A DNA stretch of 64,000 bases from Bacteroidales bacterium (GTDB lineage Bacteria > Bacteroidota > Bacteroidia > Bacteroidales > JBDKHP01): assembly GCA_965230435.1 (NCBI GenBank), contig CBDDLB010000004.1, positions 836,634 to 900,633 on the forward strand, in the 5' to 3' direction. Positions 34,808-45,278 of this stretch are shown here, piece after piece. Under the pieces are notes generated by a model. It was not told the DNA's origin and did not search any database. It worked only from the letters and a program-made list of their open reading frames with translations. How positions within the stretch are numbered: the stretch's first letter is position 1; every line of letters starts with the position of its first letter. The position numbers were made by a program, and so were the translations under genes.

Positions 34808-36760
34808 ATGTTGATGAGAAAAATTTTAATGCTTGCATTTATGGCGATTAGCCTGCTTGCAAATGCTAGTCCCGCTGACAGTTGTTTGTTCTCTAATGAT
34901 TTTGAGAGGCAAGTGTTTCAAAAATATCAAAATGGAGAAAAAGTTGCTCCTTTGGACATGTTGGCTTGCTTTTATTATAAGCAGGAAGACTTCAAGGTCA
35001 TTCAGCAAAAGATAGAGGAAACTAAAACATTGTTGGAAAGCAAGAAGATAAGAAAGAAAAATCGGAAGAAACAGATCAAGCTGATATATAAGTACGTTCA
35101 TTCAACTTTACTTAAAAAATATGTTGAAGATGCGTTCTTTAAGGATCTATTTAAACATGGTCAGTATAATTGTGTTACAGCTAGTGCCCTATATGCGCTT
35201 CTTATGGAGCACTACCAGATAGACTATCAGATTAAAGAAACCCCAAACCACGTTTATCTTATTGCAGAGCCTTTGCGCTCCAATATTTTACTTGAAAGTA
35301 CCAACCCACGGAATGGATTACAGGTTATGTCCGATGATTACAAACGGAAATACATAAACTATTTAGCTGCGAACAAGATTATTTCAGAAGATGAAGTAGA
35401 ATCAGAATCGCTCCATAATTTGTTTGAGGAGCATCATAATAAAGACGTTACCATCGATATTTATCAGTTGGCCGCATTGCAGTACTACAATAAAGGAGTT
35501 TTTCTGCTTAAAGCAAAGAAAACAGATGCAGCGATTAAAAACCTAGAAAAAGCTAACCTAATCTACCCTTCGAATGGCGTTAGGTTTATGTTGAATCTGG
35601 CCATTGGAAGTAGTTTAGATGAACAGGTGCAGACAAAATCATTTGACGGAAGAAAGTTTGCGAAATTTCTCAACCTGAATGCAAGCAATAAAGAGGTTAT
35701 TCAATACGGAGAACAGTTCTTTAACACTGTAGCGCAAGAACTGATGGTAAAGCATCCTAACCCCAAAGCATATGATCAATTTTATACTGAGTTTACAAAT
35801 GAATTGGCCGATTCGGTAAACAGAACGCCTTATACACTTAGCTACAATTATTCTTGGGGTTACTATGCTACAAACCAGACAGAGTATGTAAAAGGACTAA
35901 GGCATCTCAAGAAAGCATATGAAACAAACCCTAGTAATCTAGAAATTAAAAATATAATAGAGCACGCAGCATCAAAGCATTTGTTTATAAATAAGGATTT
36001 TGAAGCAACGATAGATTCTTTGGAGTATTATTACGAACAGTTCCCGTTTCTAAAAGAAAAAAATAATTTTAAAACCTATCATGCATATTGTCACATCAAT
36101 GGAGTAGACAAAGCATATGGTAGAAAGGAAGAGGAGATTGGTTATAAGCACCTTGTGAGTTTAGAACGAATGCTTCAATCACATAAAGATCTACGCCTTG
36201 AGGAGCGGCAGATAGAATATGCTTATTTAAAAGCAGCAGAGTTTTATATCTCGAAGAACGATGAAAAGAATGGACTGCAAATGCTCAAGCGGGGATTGCA
36301 ATTTGTTCCAAATTCACAAACATTCAATGCAATATTGAAGGAAGCTAACAGACCAAAAACATCATACAATGCTCCGTTCCTTAGGATGGACAATACTGGG
36401 AAACAAAAGAAAGCAAGGGCAAAGAAACTAGAAACAGGTATTAAGGCTCATTTTGCTAAAACATGGAAGCTGAAAAAAGTAGAGAAAATCGATTTGAAAT
36501 TGCCTGGAACTGCGCCAACTGAACTTAGGATTGTAGCAAGAAAAGATAAGTCTGTTGTGTTTACCTACAATAAACGTAAAAACATTAAAGGCAGATGGGC
36601 AGTGCGTTACGGAAGTAGACTTTTGTATTTAATTCCAGATAAGGGCAAAAATCAGTTTGAACTGTTCAAAATAGAAGAGTTTTCAGCTAACAGAATGGTA
36701 CTGATTCCCTATGAAAACGACCGAGGGATACCTTTTAAGTTGATTCTTCAGCCAGAATAA
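34808..36760 (+). CDS. Secreted transglutaminase-like (Cys-protease fold) protein with TPR-like helical repeats
   Basis: Signal peptide. HGQYNCVTASALYALLMEHYQIDYQIKETPNHVYLIAEP fits a Cys...His transglutaminase-core pattern. Long helical repeat region. Start trimmed from TTG to ATG. Confidence 0.6.
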   Translation: MLMRKILMLAFMAISLLANASPADSCLFSNDFERQVFQKYQNGEKVAPLDMLACFYYKQEDFKVIQQKIEETKTLLESKKIRKKNRKKQIKLIYKYVHSTLLKKYVEDAFFKDLFKHGQYNCVTASALYALLMEHYQIDYQIKETPNHVYLIAEPLRSNILLESTNPRNGLQVMSDDYKRKYINYLAANKIISEDEVESESLHNLFEEHHNKDVTIDIYQLAALQYYNKGVFLLKAKKTDAAIKNLEKANLIYPSNGVRFMLNLAIGSSLDEQVQTKSFDGRKFAKFLNLNASNKEVIQYGEQFFNTVAQELMVKHPNPKAYDQFYTEFTNELADSVNRTPYTLSYNYSWGYYATNQTEYVKGLRHLKKAYETNPSNLEIKNIIEHAASKHLFINKDFEATIDSLEYYYEQFPFLKEKNNFKTYHAYCHINGVDKAYGRKEEEIGYKHLVSLERMLQSHKDLRLEERQIEYAYLKAAEFYISKNDEKNGLQMLKRGLQFVPNSQTFNAILKEANRPKTSYNAPFLRMDNTGKQKKARAKKLETGIKAHFAKTWKLKKVEKIDLKLPGTAPTELRIVARKDKSVVFTYNKRKNIKGRWAVRYGSRLLYLIPDKGKNQFELFKIEEFSANRMVLIPYENDRGIPFKLILQPE

Positions 36761-36988
36761 TAAAAGGTGGTTAGAAGAGACTGTCCATATAGATAGTCTT
36801 CGAGAGTTGTTCAAAGTTAGGCGAACAGAATTCTAAAAGCATTACCCTAAAATTGAAGAGAAAGTACTGATAGGCTTTAAGTGTGGTTAGTTTCTTCATT
36901 TACACAATTGAAAATCTAATAACTCCCTGCATATCTATGATAAGCGAGGGAGGTTCTACAAAGAGGTTACTTTTCGTATATTTGTAAC

Positions 36989-37234
36989 ATGGATTATGTC
37001 AAAAGAATAAATACAGATTTAAAGCCATACATAGATAGTAAGTTAAACAAAACTGTTGTTGACTTATTTGCTGGATGCGGTGGATTATCATTGGGTTTTG
37101 AAGCTAATGGTTTTGAAACCATTGGGTATGAAATGGATAAAAACGCATCTAATACATATAGAAGTGATTTAAACTTTTTTACAAAGTTGTTGCCAGTGAA
37201 GAGAAACGTGAACTTTTCACTTTCCTATTATTAG
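36989..37234 (+). pseudogene. Truncated DNA (cytosine-5) methyltransferase; only the N-terminal ~57 aa are family-like
   Basis: Motif I DLFAGCGGLSLGF and GYEMDKNASNTYR are present. The catalytic PCQ motif IV and everything after it are absent, and the ORF ends after 81 aa. Confidence 0.75.
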
Positions 37235-37239
37235 CTCGC

Positions 37240-37640
37240 AACAAATGAGTTACAGAAAAAGTTTAAATCAGTTCACTTATATCTTCATAGGGAAAAATTA
37301 AACCAGCTGAATTTCTTTGAATTATCGCATGAAGAATTACCCGATGTAATCGCTTATTCAAAAGCAAAGAATTGGTTATACCTTATTGAAGCAGTTTACT
37401 CTTCTTGCCCTTAGTGAGTTAAGGTTGCTTCAGCTCAAAAAACTCACCGAAAAATGTAAGGCTGATATTGTATATGTTACTGCTTTTTTGGATAGAAACA
37501 AATTTCGTCAGTTCATGACAGATATAGCTTGGGAAACTGAGGTTTGGATTGCTGATAATCCAGATCATTTAGTACACTTCAATGGCGATAAATTCTTGGG
37601 GCCATATGAAATCTTAAACCCAAAAGCTGGTCAAAAGTGA
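37240..37640 (+). pseudogene. C-terminal remnant of a BsuBI/PstI-family type II restriction endonuclease, with a frame disruption
   Basis: Own translation gives ...ELPDVIAYSKAKNWLYLIEAVYSSCP* and then, in another frame, LSELRLLQLKKL...IVYVTAFLDRNKFRQFMTDIAWETEVWIADNPDHLVHFNGDKFLGPY. As I recall, the conserved C-terminus of that family is LIEAVTSHGP...AWETEVW...HLIHFNG-RFLGPY. Confidence 0.65.
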
Positions 37641-37973
37641 AGGATATTAGTGTTTCTCTTATACATTATCTGGATTTTTATGTCGACATAAGTCATTGAA
37701 ATTAAGCGATATGCATTAATCATGGGTGATGTGGCTACTAAGCGCAGCCTTTGGCTACACTTTACAAATATATTTTTAAAAAGTAGGCTGTGTGTCCTGC
37801 TTTTTTAATACCTGTACAACACTTATAACGTAGCATTTCATTAAAGAAGTTCATAAACTTGTTCCATTTGATCCCACCAATTAACAAGTGCAATGCATCA
37901 AAAGCAGCGCAATTGTCGTAACCCTAAAAAACTAATATTCAGTTTGAACTGAAAAATATAATACCTGTAATCT

Positions 37974-39113
37974 ATGCATTTAAAAAAGGCGCTCAATTTC
38001 TTTTTCATTCTGCCGTTGCTTTTTCTTGGTGTTTTTCTCCCCAGTTCACCAAAAAGTACAGGAGCTAAAGAAAGTAAATCGGATACAACTGCAGTAAGTC
38101 AGGCACAAATAATACAAGAATATTTATTCTATGCGGCACAGTTACGAAGGAATTACCCAAAACTTCAGCCCTACATCAATAAGATGGCGATGTTTGATAC
38201 CCTAAATTCGAAAGGAAAAATCCTTCCGAAGCAAAATTATGAGAAATACCTGATTGCGTTGGTTACCCAAGAGTCGAATTTTATTCAAAAGAAGTACGAT
38301 GGAACCATATTAAAATCGTATGCCAATGCAGCTGGGGTTGCACAGTTTACCTCGGAAGGTGTAAAAGCGGTAAATAAATATCTGTCGCAAAGGCGGGATA
38401 CAACAGGGAAAACCGAAGCTGAAAAACTTATCAGTGAGCAATATGCAAAGCAAAAAGATGTAGATCTTGAACTGTTGTTGGACACTGGTAAAAAAGGTGT
38501 CGAGGAAGGATATAGGGCAGCTAGTTTGCTATCGAAAATTCAGTTGTTGCGTCATCCCGATTCATGGAAATTTGCTGCTATCGAATACAATTCAGGAAGA
38601 ATGCGTAGGGGGAATTATGAACGCGTTAAGCGCCGCATACCACGGGAAACAAGAGATTATGTAGAGCGGCTGGAACAACACATGGCGCATTATGAGAAGG
38701 GAAATTATTTACGTTACCTCATACTCAGGTGGGGCGTTGTAATGATCGAGTTGGAAAATATGCGGGGAAATCAAGCCATGAAAAAAGGAGATTCGGAAGA
38801 GGCTAAGCTGCACTATGAAAATGCATTGATTTTAAACGAATATCTTATTCAGAACAAACTCGACACCACCATGCGCTACCATGATAATATGATACTGCAT
38901 GTCAATTATGAACTTGGCAACCTAAAAGCTGCCGAAGGAGATACTATGGCCAGTTTGGACCATTATTTCGAAGTCATAAAAACAAAGAACAAGAAGAAGC
39001 GCTACGAATATCGGAATGCCAAGTTTTACTTGAACAAAATAAAAGAACGAACGAATGATACAGTTATAAAAGCCCGTACAGGAGAGATTATTCAGTTTTC
39101 AGACTCTATATAG
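37974..39113 (+). CDS. Lytic transglycosylase (SLT)-domain protein with TPR-like C-terminal region
   Basis: Signal peptide. SLT-type motifs LVTQESNF, AAGVAQFT and AIEYNSG. Confidence 0.65.
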   Translation: MHLKKALNFFFILPLLFLGVFLPSSPKSTGAKESKSDTTAVSQAQIIQEYLFYAAQLRRNYPKLQPYINKMAMFDTLNSKGKILPKQNYEKYLIALVTQESNFIQKKYDGTILKSYANAAGVAQFTSEGVKAVNKYLSQRRDTTGKTEAEKLISEQYAKQKDVDLELLLDTGKKGVEEGYRAASLLSKIQLLRHPDSWKFAAIEYNSGRMRRGNYERVKRRIPRETRDYVERLEQHMAHYEKGNYLRYLILRWGVVMIELENMRGNQAMKKGDSEEAKLHYENALILNEYLIQNKLDTTMRYHDNMILHVNYELGNLKAAEGDTMASLDHYFEVIKTKNKKKRYEYRNAKFYLNKIKERTNDTVIKARTGEIIQFSDSI

Positions 39114-39274
39114 TTTTAAGTTAGTTATCTAAATGTCACTTTTATGTTTAGTGCTACGCTGAATATTAGTGCAATACTTCTTCTGAAAAATAGTATCACA
39201 ACCTAGCAATTTTGGGAGAAAGTTGCTAGGTAATCTATGGGTTATACATTGCAAGCATTCATGCGATTAGAATT

Positions 39275-39919
39275 TCACTCTTCATCTTCACGAGTAAAAG
39301 GCACAAACCGAACAGAAAGCACATCCTTTCTTTTAACCTTACCATCTTTTTTTTCCAATAATACAAGTCGTTGAACACGATATTGCGATCCAACAGGAAT
39401 AATCATTTTTCCGCCCTCTTTCAGTTGTTCAATTAAAGGCGGAGGAATAGTTTCGGCAGCAGCAGTAACAATAATAGCATCAAAAGGAGCCTGTTCTTTC
39501 AATCCTTTGTAGCCATCTCCAATAACCACTTCTACATTGTTGTAGTTTAATGTTTTTAAAAGTTTTTTTGCTTTTAGCCCAAGCGGTTCCACAATTTCAA
39601 TAGAGTAAACCTTTTCAACAATTTCAGCAAGTACAGCAGCCTGATAACCCGAACCCGTGCCAATTTCTAAGACTTTATAGTGAGGCTTCAGCTCCAATTT
39701 CTCTGTCATAAAAGCAACGATATACGGTTGGGAAATGGTTTGCCCTTCGCCAATGGGCAAAGGGCCATCCCTATAGGCAACATGAGCTAGTTCTGGGGGG
39801 ACAAATTTGTGGCGTTTTACTGTTCGTATAGCTTCTAAAGTTGCTTTGTCTGATATGCCCTTTGCAATGAGCTGATTTTTAACCATGGCATTACGTGCTG
39901 TTGTGAAATCGTCCTGCAT
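39275..39919 (-). CDS. pcm: Protein-L-isoaspartate O-methyltransferase
   Basis: TISQPYIVAFMTE and VLEIGTGSGYQAAVLAE motifs. Start placed at the internal ATG (MQDDFTTARNAMV...); the track ORF extends 15 codons further. Confidence 0.88.
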   Translation of the reverse strand: MQDDFTTARNAMVKNQLIAKGISDKATLEAIRTVKRHKFVPPELAHVAYRDGPLPIGEGQTISQPYIVAFMTEKLELKPHYKVLEIGTGSGYQAAVLAEIVEKVYSIEIVEPLGLKAKKLLKTLNYNNVEVVIGDGYKGLKEQAPFDAIIVTAAAETIPPPLIEQLKEGGKMIIPVGSQYRVQRLVLLEKKDGKVKRKDVLSVRFVPFTREDEE

Positions 39920-40103
39920 GCACGCATTCAATATCAGACATATGCCAATAATGAGGTTAACCATAAGCTTTTTAGTTTTCGAACTTTAGTAAGTTACGAA
40001 AATGCATGGGGGCGTTCAAGAGTAAAGCTCCGTTTAAGAGAGCTTTGTTCGTAAACTTTCGTTTGGAGAAGAAAACAAGGGGGAGGAGATGTAATTTAAA
40101 GAG

Positions 40104-40131
40104 CAAAAAAAAGCACCTCTCTGAGAGGTGC
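40104..40131 (-). terminator. Rho-independent terminator after the anti-sigma-like gene
   Basis: The minus strand reads gcacctc-tcaga-gaggtgc followed by ttttttttg. Confidence 0.7.
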
Positions 40132-40204
40132 ACCTACCTAAAATGAAGATCTCTGATCTTTTTATCTTTGTTAGAGCATAGCTAATCTAAACCTATAGTG
40201 GCTG

Positions 40205-41083
40205 CTATTTCCGGTTATGATTTTCAATGAATACTTTTTTCCAATATTCAATATATGCTTTGTTTTCGTCTATTAATTGTTGAGAAAGCTCGTGTTTTTC
40301 AGTACTTACTTTATTGCTTACTGAAAACTTAGCTGTTTCAATTTTCACAAGTGTCTCTGGTTGCATCATTGCTATCGATGCGTAATCCACATTTTCTTCC
40401 ATTTGTGGTTCCATCACTTCAAACTCTTCTAAAAAGCTGTCGTCGCTTTTTGGTTGTATAGGATTGTTGGCCGCAACTTGTTTCGATTCAGTTGTTGTTT
40501 TGGTTGTGGCTGTGTTTTTATCTGTTTTTACTTGTTCTGTTTTTTCAACTTTACGGGCTACCTTTTTACGTTTTACGGAGTTATCTGCCAATTGTTCATT
40601 TCCATCGTTGGTAACCATAGCAAATACTATAATTGCGGCAACGATAGATGCGGCGGCAGAATATCCCCAGAAAACCGGGCGGATTAGTTTTTGTTTCAGC
40701 TTCGCTTTATCTGGAAATGTTACCTGCATGGCAGGCTTCTGTTTCGTAAGAGCAAAAAGCTTTATGTCGTGTTCTATCTCCGGTTCATTCTTTTTGATCT
40801 GTTCGAAAAGAGCTTTCTCTTCTTCGCTAAGATCTCCCTCCATGTCACCGATGCATAGGTAATCGGCTTCGGATATACCGTCTTTTCTAAATTTCAGTTT
40901 CTCTTTTAGAGGAAACATAACGGGCTCGTCTGATAACTGCATGTTCTCAATGCTTTCGAATTCCTTTTTTATCTCTGGATTCATCAAAAGGAAGTTCTCA
41001 ACATCGGACTTTTCCGAACCTTGTAAGTTTCCATCGAGATAGTCAATTAAGAATACCTCGTAATTTTCTTTGTTAATTTTCAT
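40205..41083 (-). CDS. Putative anti-sigma factor (single-pass membrane protein)
   Basis: Lies 31 nt downstream of the ECF sigma gene. N-terminus YLDGNLQGSEKSDVENFLLMNPE, one TM helix (VFWGYSAAASIVAAIIVFAMV) and a low-complexity periplasmic part. Confidence 0.5.
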   Translation of the reverse strand: MKINKENYEVFLIDYLDGNLQGSEKSDVENFLLMNPEIKKEFESIENMQLSDEPVMFPLKEKLKFRKDGISEADYLCIGDMEGDLSEEEKALFEQIKKNEPEIEHDIKLFALTKQKPAMQVTFPDKAKLKQKLIRPVFWGYSAAASIVAAIIVFAMVTNDGNEQLADNSVKRKKVARKVEKTEQVKTDKNTATTKTTTESKQVAANNPIQPKSDDSFLEEFEVMEPQMEENVDYASIAMMQPETLVKIETAKFSVSNKVSTEKHELSQQLIDENKAYIEYWKKVFIENHNRK

Positions 41084-41114
41084 TGCAGCAGCTTCTTTTA
41101 AATCTTGATACAGT

Positions 41115-41600
41115 TTAGATTACCGTTTCCAGAGAGCCGATGAATTTTTTCAAAGCTACCCGAGCCCTATAGATGTACACTTTTACCTGAGACTCGTTTA
41201 ACTCGGTGATCTCACCAATTTCTTTATACGAATATCCCTCGTAATCGCGCAAAAGGATCACTGTCCTTTGGATTTCGGGAAGCTGTTTCACCGCCTCACT
41301 GATGATTTCGGAGAGATCGGTATATTGCTCTGTATGCGAAAGGCTACTGAAATCTGCGGCTTCAAGTCCCGACAAACGGTTCTCTCTACGGTAGTGATCT
41401 ATCATGGTTCTGTATGCAGTAGTGAATAGGTACGATTTCACTTTTTCTGCATTTACCTGTTCTACCTTATCCCACAACTTCATAAACGTTTCCTGAACAA
41501 TGTCCCGAGCTACATCTTCGTTTTTCGTGTTTTTCAACAGAAAACGGTAGATGTTATCCGAAAACATTTCTACGCTCTTGTTGTATTCCCTAACAGTCAT
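41115..41600 (-). CDS. ECF-type RNA polymerase sigma-70 factor
   Basis: 161 aa. Region 2 (DIVQETFMKLWDK) and region 4 (LLRDYEGYSYKEIGEITELNESQVKVYIYRARVALK). Confidence 0.88.
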   Translation of the reverse strand: MTVREYNKSVEMFSDNIYRFLLKNTKNEDVARDIVQETFMKLWDKVEQVNAEKVKSYLFTTAYRTMIDHYRRENRLSGLEAADFSSLSHTEQYTDLSEIISEAVKQLPEIQRTVILLRDYEGYSYKEIGEITELNESQVKVYIYRARVALKKFIGSLETVI

Positions 41601-42000
41601 AATAAGAATTGGAGGATTTTGCCTTTAAGACGTTAAGCTGTATGTTTAGTTACAGCAATTTAGTTTTTTTTCTTGAGAAAGCGGTTAGTATGATGATACA
41701 TCGTTGTCTATCTGAAACTTAAGTGTGGAAACTTTATTGTTTCGAAAGCTAGAAGTTAGGGTGAGGTTCTTTTTTAAACTTCTATTTCATGTTTCATCTC
41801 TTGATGCTTCAGATGGAGATCAATCATTCGCATCGATTTGTTCAGATGTTTAGGTTTTTCCAAACTTACAGCCTTCTGCTTTATCCTCCAAATTTGATTG
41901 TTGTATGGGGAAATTTCAAATTCTCGCTTTGTTGGTGTGGTGTTGGAACGAAATCGTTAGTTGGTTTTGTTGTGGTAATTCTTGTTAGGGTAGCATCTTC

Positions 42001-43785
42001 TTATTCGTCTTTAAACCTAAAAAAACGAATGGAGTTCTCAGTTGATTTGCTGTGCAAGTTCAGTTCTTCGGAACTTGTAGATAGCTCTTCTGCTATTGCG
42101 GCATTTTGTTGTGTAATTATACTAAACTGTTGGACAGCTTTGTTAATTTGGTCTGAGTTTATTTTCAGTTCCATACTGGAAACTGAAATATCGCGGAGTA
42201 GTTCTGCGGTGCTTTGCACTCTGGGTGATATTGAAGATAACAGTTCTCCTGATTCTTCAGCTATGTTTACTCCCTCGTTTGTAAGGTCTATAATTTCGTT
42301 GGCATATTTCTGAGTATAGGCAGCAAGTTTTCTTACTTCCGACGCAACAACAGCAAAGCCTTTTCCATATTCTTTTGCCCGGGCAGCTTCTATTGCAGCA
42401 TTTATTGCCAGCAGGTCGGTCTGCGACGCAATTTTATCTACCTCAATGATCTTTTCTGCTATTTTTCTAATCATTGTAATGGATTGGTGTGTGGTTTTCT
42501 TCACGGCTGTAATTCCTTCCTCTGCTGTAATTGCAATAGATTTTGTATCGGTTGTTTTTCTAGTATTCCTATTAATTGTTACTGCGATTTCTTCGGTAGC
42601 ACTACTTATTTCTTCAATTGCGGCAGTTTGTTCATCTGCTCCAGACGCTAGTTCTTCGGAACTGCTTAAAATTAGTTCGCTACCCATGTTTACTGTCGCA
42701 ATGTTTTGGGTGGTACTTTCAATGGTTTCTGTCCATTTCAGGGATAATTCATTGGTGGCATTGCCCAGCTTTGAAATCTCGTCTTCTCCATTCACTTCTA
42801 CGTGCTGTTTTAAGTTCCCATTACTTAAGGATATAATTGCTTTCATAATCTTCTTAAGGGGAGAGGTTATTATGAGCCTTGTTATGATATTGATCAGGGT
42901 AAATGTTATTATGGAGGCTAGTGTAAAGCCCATCACGACAATAGCTGTAAGTTGACGGATGCTTTTCTCAATTTCATACTTGGGAACGGAGAGGCATAGA
43001 GTCCAGTTTGGGGAATGTTGAATTGGACGAAAGAAAACAATCTCTTCTACGCCATCTGGTCTGAGTATTGAACTGTAGCCACTTTCTTTTTCTGTATTGT
43101 GGGCGTTTTTTGATATGAATGTATTGAATTTAGATGCTTTTTTTTCCAGTAGTGAAGTCTTGTAAAGATGAACAGAGGTGGTGTGTTCTGGGTAAATTAT
43201 ACTGCCATATCCAGAGGCTCCGAACTTCATCCGTTGTGCTATTCTAGATAAAGTTCGAAGCTCAATATTTGCAGCAAGAACTCCAAGTACTTCTCCCGAT
43301 GAATTTTGGATAGGTACTGCAATATTGAATTTTTCAACATTTGTAGTTCTCGAAATAGTTGGTTGTGTAATGGAGAAATGTTTGCCTTTGGATATAATGT
43401 CTATGAAATATTTTCTGTCAGCTACGTTGGCAGATGCTTTCCCTTTTAGGGTTGTAAAATATGTGCCGTCTGGGAAACAGATAAAGAGCATTTGATACGT
43501 ATCTTCTCTTCGTTTTGCAAATGTTTGAATGTCTGCTTTCATGGTATTCCAATCCATTGTTTTTACAGATGATTTTTTGGCTATCAATTGTAGCTCGTGG
43601 GTAAGGGATTGAAGCCAAATGGATATTTGTCCACTTCTGGCAGCGACGATCTGAGAACCTAAAGAATTAACAGTTTCTTTTTGATACGATTTTCCTACGA
43701 CGAAAAGTGAAATAGCAAGTAAGGAAAAAACGATGATCAGGACTGGGGTGATGAAGATTAGGTATTTGGTTAGGATGGATTTCAT
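42001..43785 (-). CDS. Methyl-accepting chemotaxis protein (dCache-like sensor, HAMP, MCP signalling domain)
   Basis: Highly conserved hairpin-tip sequence [34 protein letters not shown]. Two TM helices flank a ~270-aa periplasmic domain. Start trimmed to MKSILTKYL. Confidence 0.88.
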   Translation of the reverse strand: MKSILTKYLIFITPVLIIVFSLLAISLFVVGKSYQKETVNSLGSQIVAARSGQISIWLQSLTHELQLIAKKSSVKTMDWNTMKADIQTFAKRREDTYQMLFICFPDGTYFTTLKGKASANVADRKYFIDIISKGKHFSITQPTISRTTNVEKFNIAVPIQNSSGEVLGVLAANIELRTLSRIAQRMKFGASGYGSIIYPEHTTSVHLYKTSLLEKKASKFNTFISKNAHNTEKESGYSSILRPDGVEEIVFFRPIQHSPNWTLCLSVPKYEIEKSIRQLTAIVVMGFTLASIITFTLINIITRLIITSPLKKIMKAIISLSNGNLKQHVEVNGEDEISKLGNATNELSLKWTETIESTTQNIATVNMGSELILSSSEELASGADEQTAAIEEISSATEEIAVTINRNTRKTTDTKSIAITAEEGITAVKKTTHQSITMIRKIAEKIIEVDKIASQTDLLAINAAIEAARAKEYGKGFAVVASEVRKLAAYTQKYANEIIDLTNEGVNIAEESGELLSSISPRVQSTAELLRDISVSSMELKINSDQINKAVQQFSIITQQNAAIAEELSTSSEELNLHSKSTENSIRFFRFKDE

Positions 43786-44299
43786 AAGTGTTGGTATCTG
43801 TGGGAAATTGAAATGTTGGATTTTCTCTTCCCGTAACAGGTGTTTGAGTTTTATTTTCGGAGGTAAGTATACCACAGGTTAGGCTCAAAATCTGAGTTCA
43901 GGCTTTTCTTCCTATTGTTTTTGGCGTTCGATTTTCCAAAAATGGGGTACATATATGTTGAAGAAGTAAATTATTGGGGTATATATTACTGTTTTTCAAA
44001 ATAATATAAGACCTTTGTGGTATCACCGATTAGTTTCTGCACTTCAGACCTAAAACTCAATAAAGTAGCCGCATCAATCTTGGAAAGTGTGTACATTAGC
44101 CCGTTTCTATGAGCTATTGAGTGTGCTTATATATTATGAAATTTGAGGTAAGATTGGTACGTACCACAATTGGCAGCTCAATTTTAACTGGACTGTGATT
44201 GTTAAAGCCACCTTTCTTCTTGGATTTAGTTCATTTTAATAGAGCTTAAGAAATTTTGGGGTATGTAGTAATCTTAAATAATATGACAAAAACAGACAG

Positions 44300-45007
44300 A
44301 TGAGAACAAATTTTACGGTATTGATTTTCTTATTTTTTTCTTTTGTCCTTTCGGCTCAAAATGTTGTTCCTGTGTCGGGAGAGGTTGTTGTTGATGAAAA
44401 AAAGTTTGGCGGGGTATTGGTCACCGTAGAAAATCACAATTTGGGAACAATCACAGATGCTTCTGGTAAATTCGAACTTATGGTACCAGAAGGAAGACAG
44501 ACCCTTATGTTTAGGGTGAATGGCATATTGAGGCATCATCATAGTGCCGATTTCAGTAAAGAGAACAAGTACAGTTGGGATGTAAAGGTTGGGCCAAAAT
44601 ATAGCAAGGCACACCTTATCCGAATGAAGAAAGAAGGACGGGAAGATGAGCTTGAACTTTCTACTATAGAGGTGAAAGCCTATACAATGGTGCAGGGAAC
44701 TGTGGGTTTTGACGATATGTTCTTGCCTAATTCCACAGTTACGGTAAAAGAAACAGGAGACCAAGCTACAACAGATTCGGAAGGGAAATTTGAGCTATGG
44801 GTAATAGAAGGCTTACAAACGTTGGAATTCAGTTTTCATGGTTTCGAACCTTTTACATACAAATTGCAGGTTGACAGTAAGAAAAAGTACGACGTGGAGG
44901 CGAAATTTGGACCTGCTTATAGCAAAGAATTTTTAGAACAAAAAAAGGCTGAAGGAAAGTTGAGCGAACTGAAGCGTTCTGAGTGTACCATAAAAGTTTC
45001 GGAATAG
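44300..45007 (+). CDS. Secreted protein with two carboxypeptidase-regulatory-like (CarbopepD_reg) modules
   Basis: Signal peptide. Internal duplication: VSGEVV...TDASGKFELMVPEGRQTLMF aligns with VQGTVG...TDSEGKFELWVIEGLQTLEF. Confidence 0.6.
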   Translation: MRTNFTVLIFLFFSFVLSAQNVVPVSGEVVVDEKKFGGVLVTVENHNLGTITDASGKFELMVPEGRQTLMFRVNGILRHHHSADFSKENKYSWDVKVGPKYSKAHLIRMKKEGREDELELSTIEVKAYTMVQGTVGFDDMFLPNSTVTVKETGDQATTDSEGKFELWVIEGLQTLEFSFHGFEPFTYKLQVDSKKKYDVEAKFGPAYSKEFLEQKKAEGKLSELKRSECTIKVSE

Positions 45008-45250
45008 ACCTATAGGTTTTGTAATTAGGTAGTTATTGAAGTTTTTTTGAAATTGCTAGTTGTAATAAATGATTTATGAGATAAAACCAACCTATTGCGT
45101 TAACGAAACGCTATATTAATATATAGACTTTACATTTGGGCGCTGTATAAAAATTCGGATTACTGGATATGTACGATTTTATTTTGTAAATCGGTTGTAC
45201 ATTGTAGTCTGCGGGTTTTTATGTTGCGCCCATTGTTTTTGTGTAATGGG

Positions 45251-45258
45251 TACTTTTG
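45251..45258 (+). promoter_or_regulatory. Candidate -7 promoter element upstream of sdaA
   Basis: TACTTTTG matches TAnnTTTG and ends 20 nt before the ATG. Confidence 0.3.
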
Positions 45259-45278
45259 TACTTTAATACTTCATTCTA

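Noticed and set aside
39920-39964. Lipoprotein-like signal (MVNLIIGICLILNAC) on protein-L-isoaspartate methyltransferase, implying an exported Pcm
   Set aside because: A SAM-dependent repair enzyme is expected to be cytoplasmic. The internal ATG at 39919 yields a protein of canonical length starting just before the conserved N-terminal helix, and the putative signal lacks a basic n-region. The longer form cannot be fully excluded.
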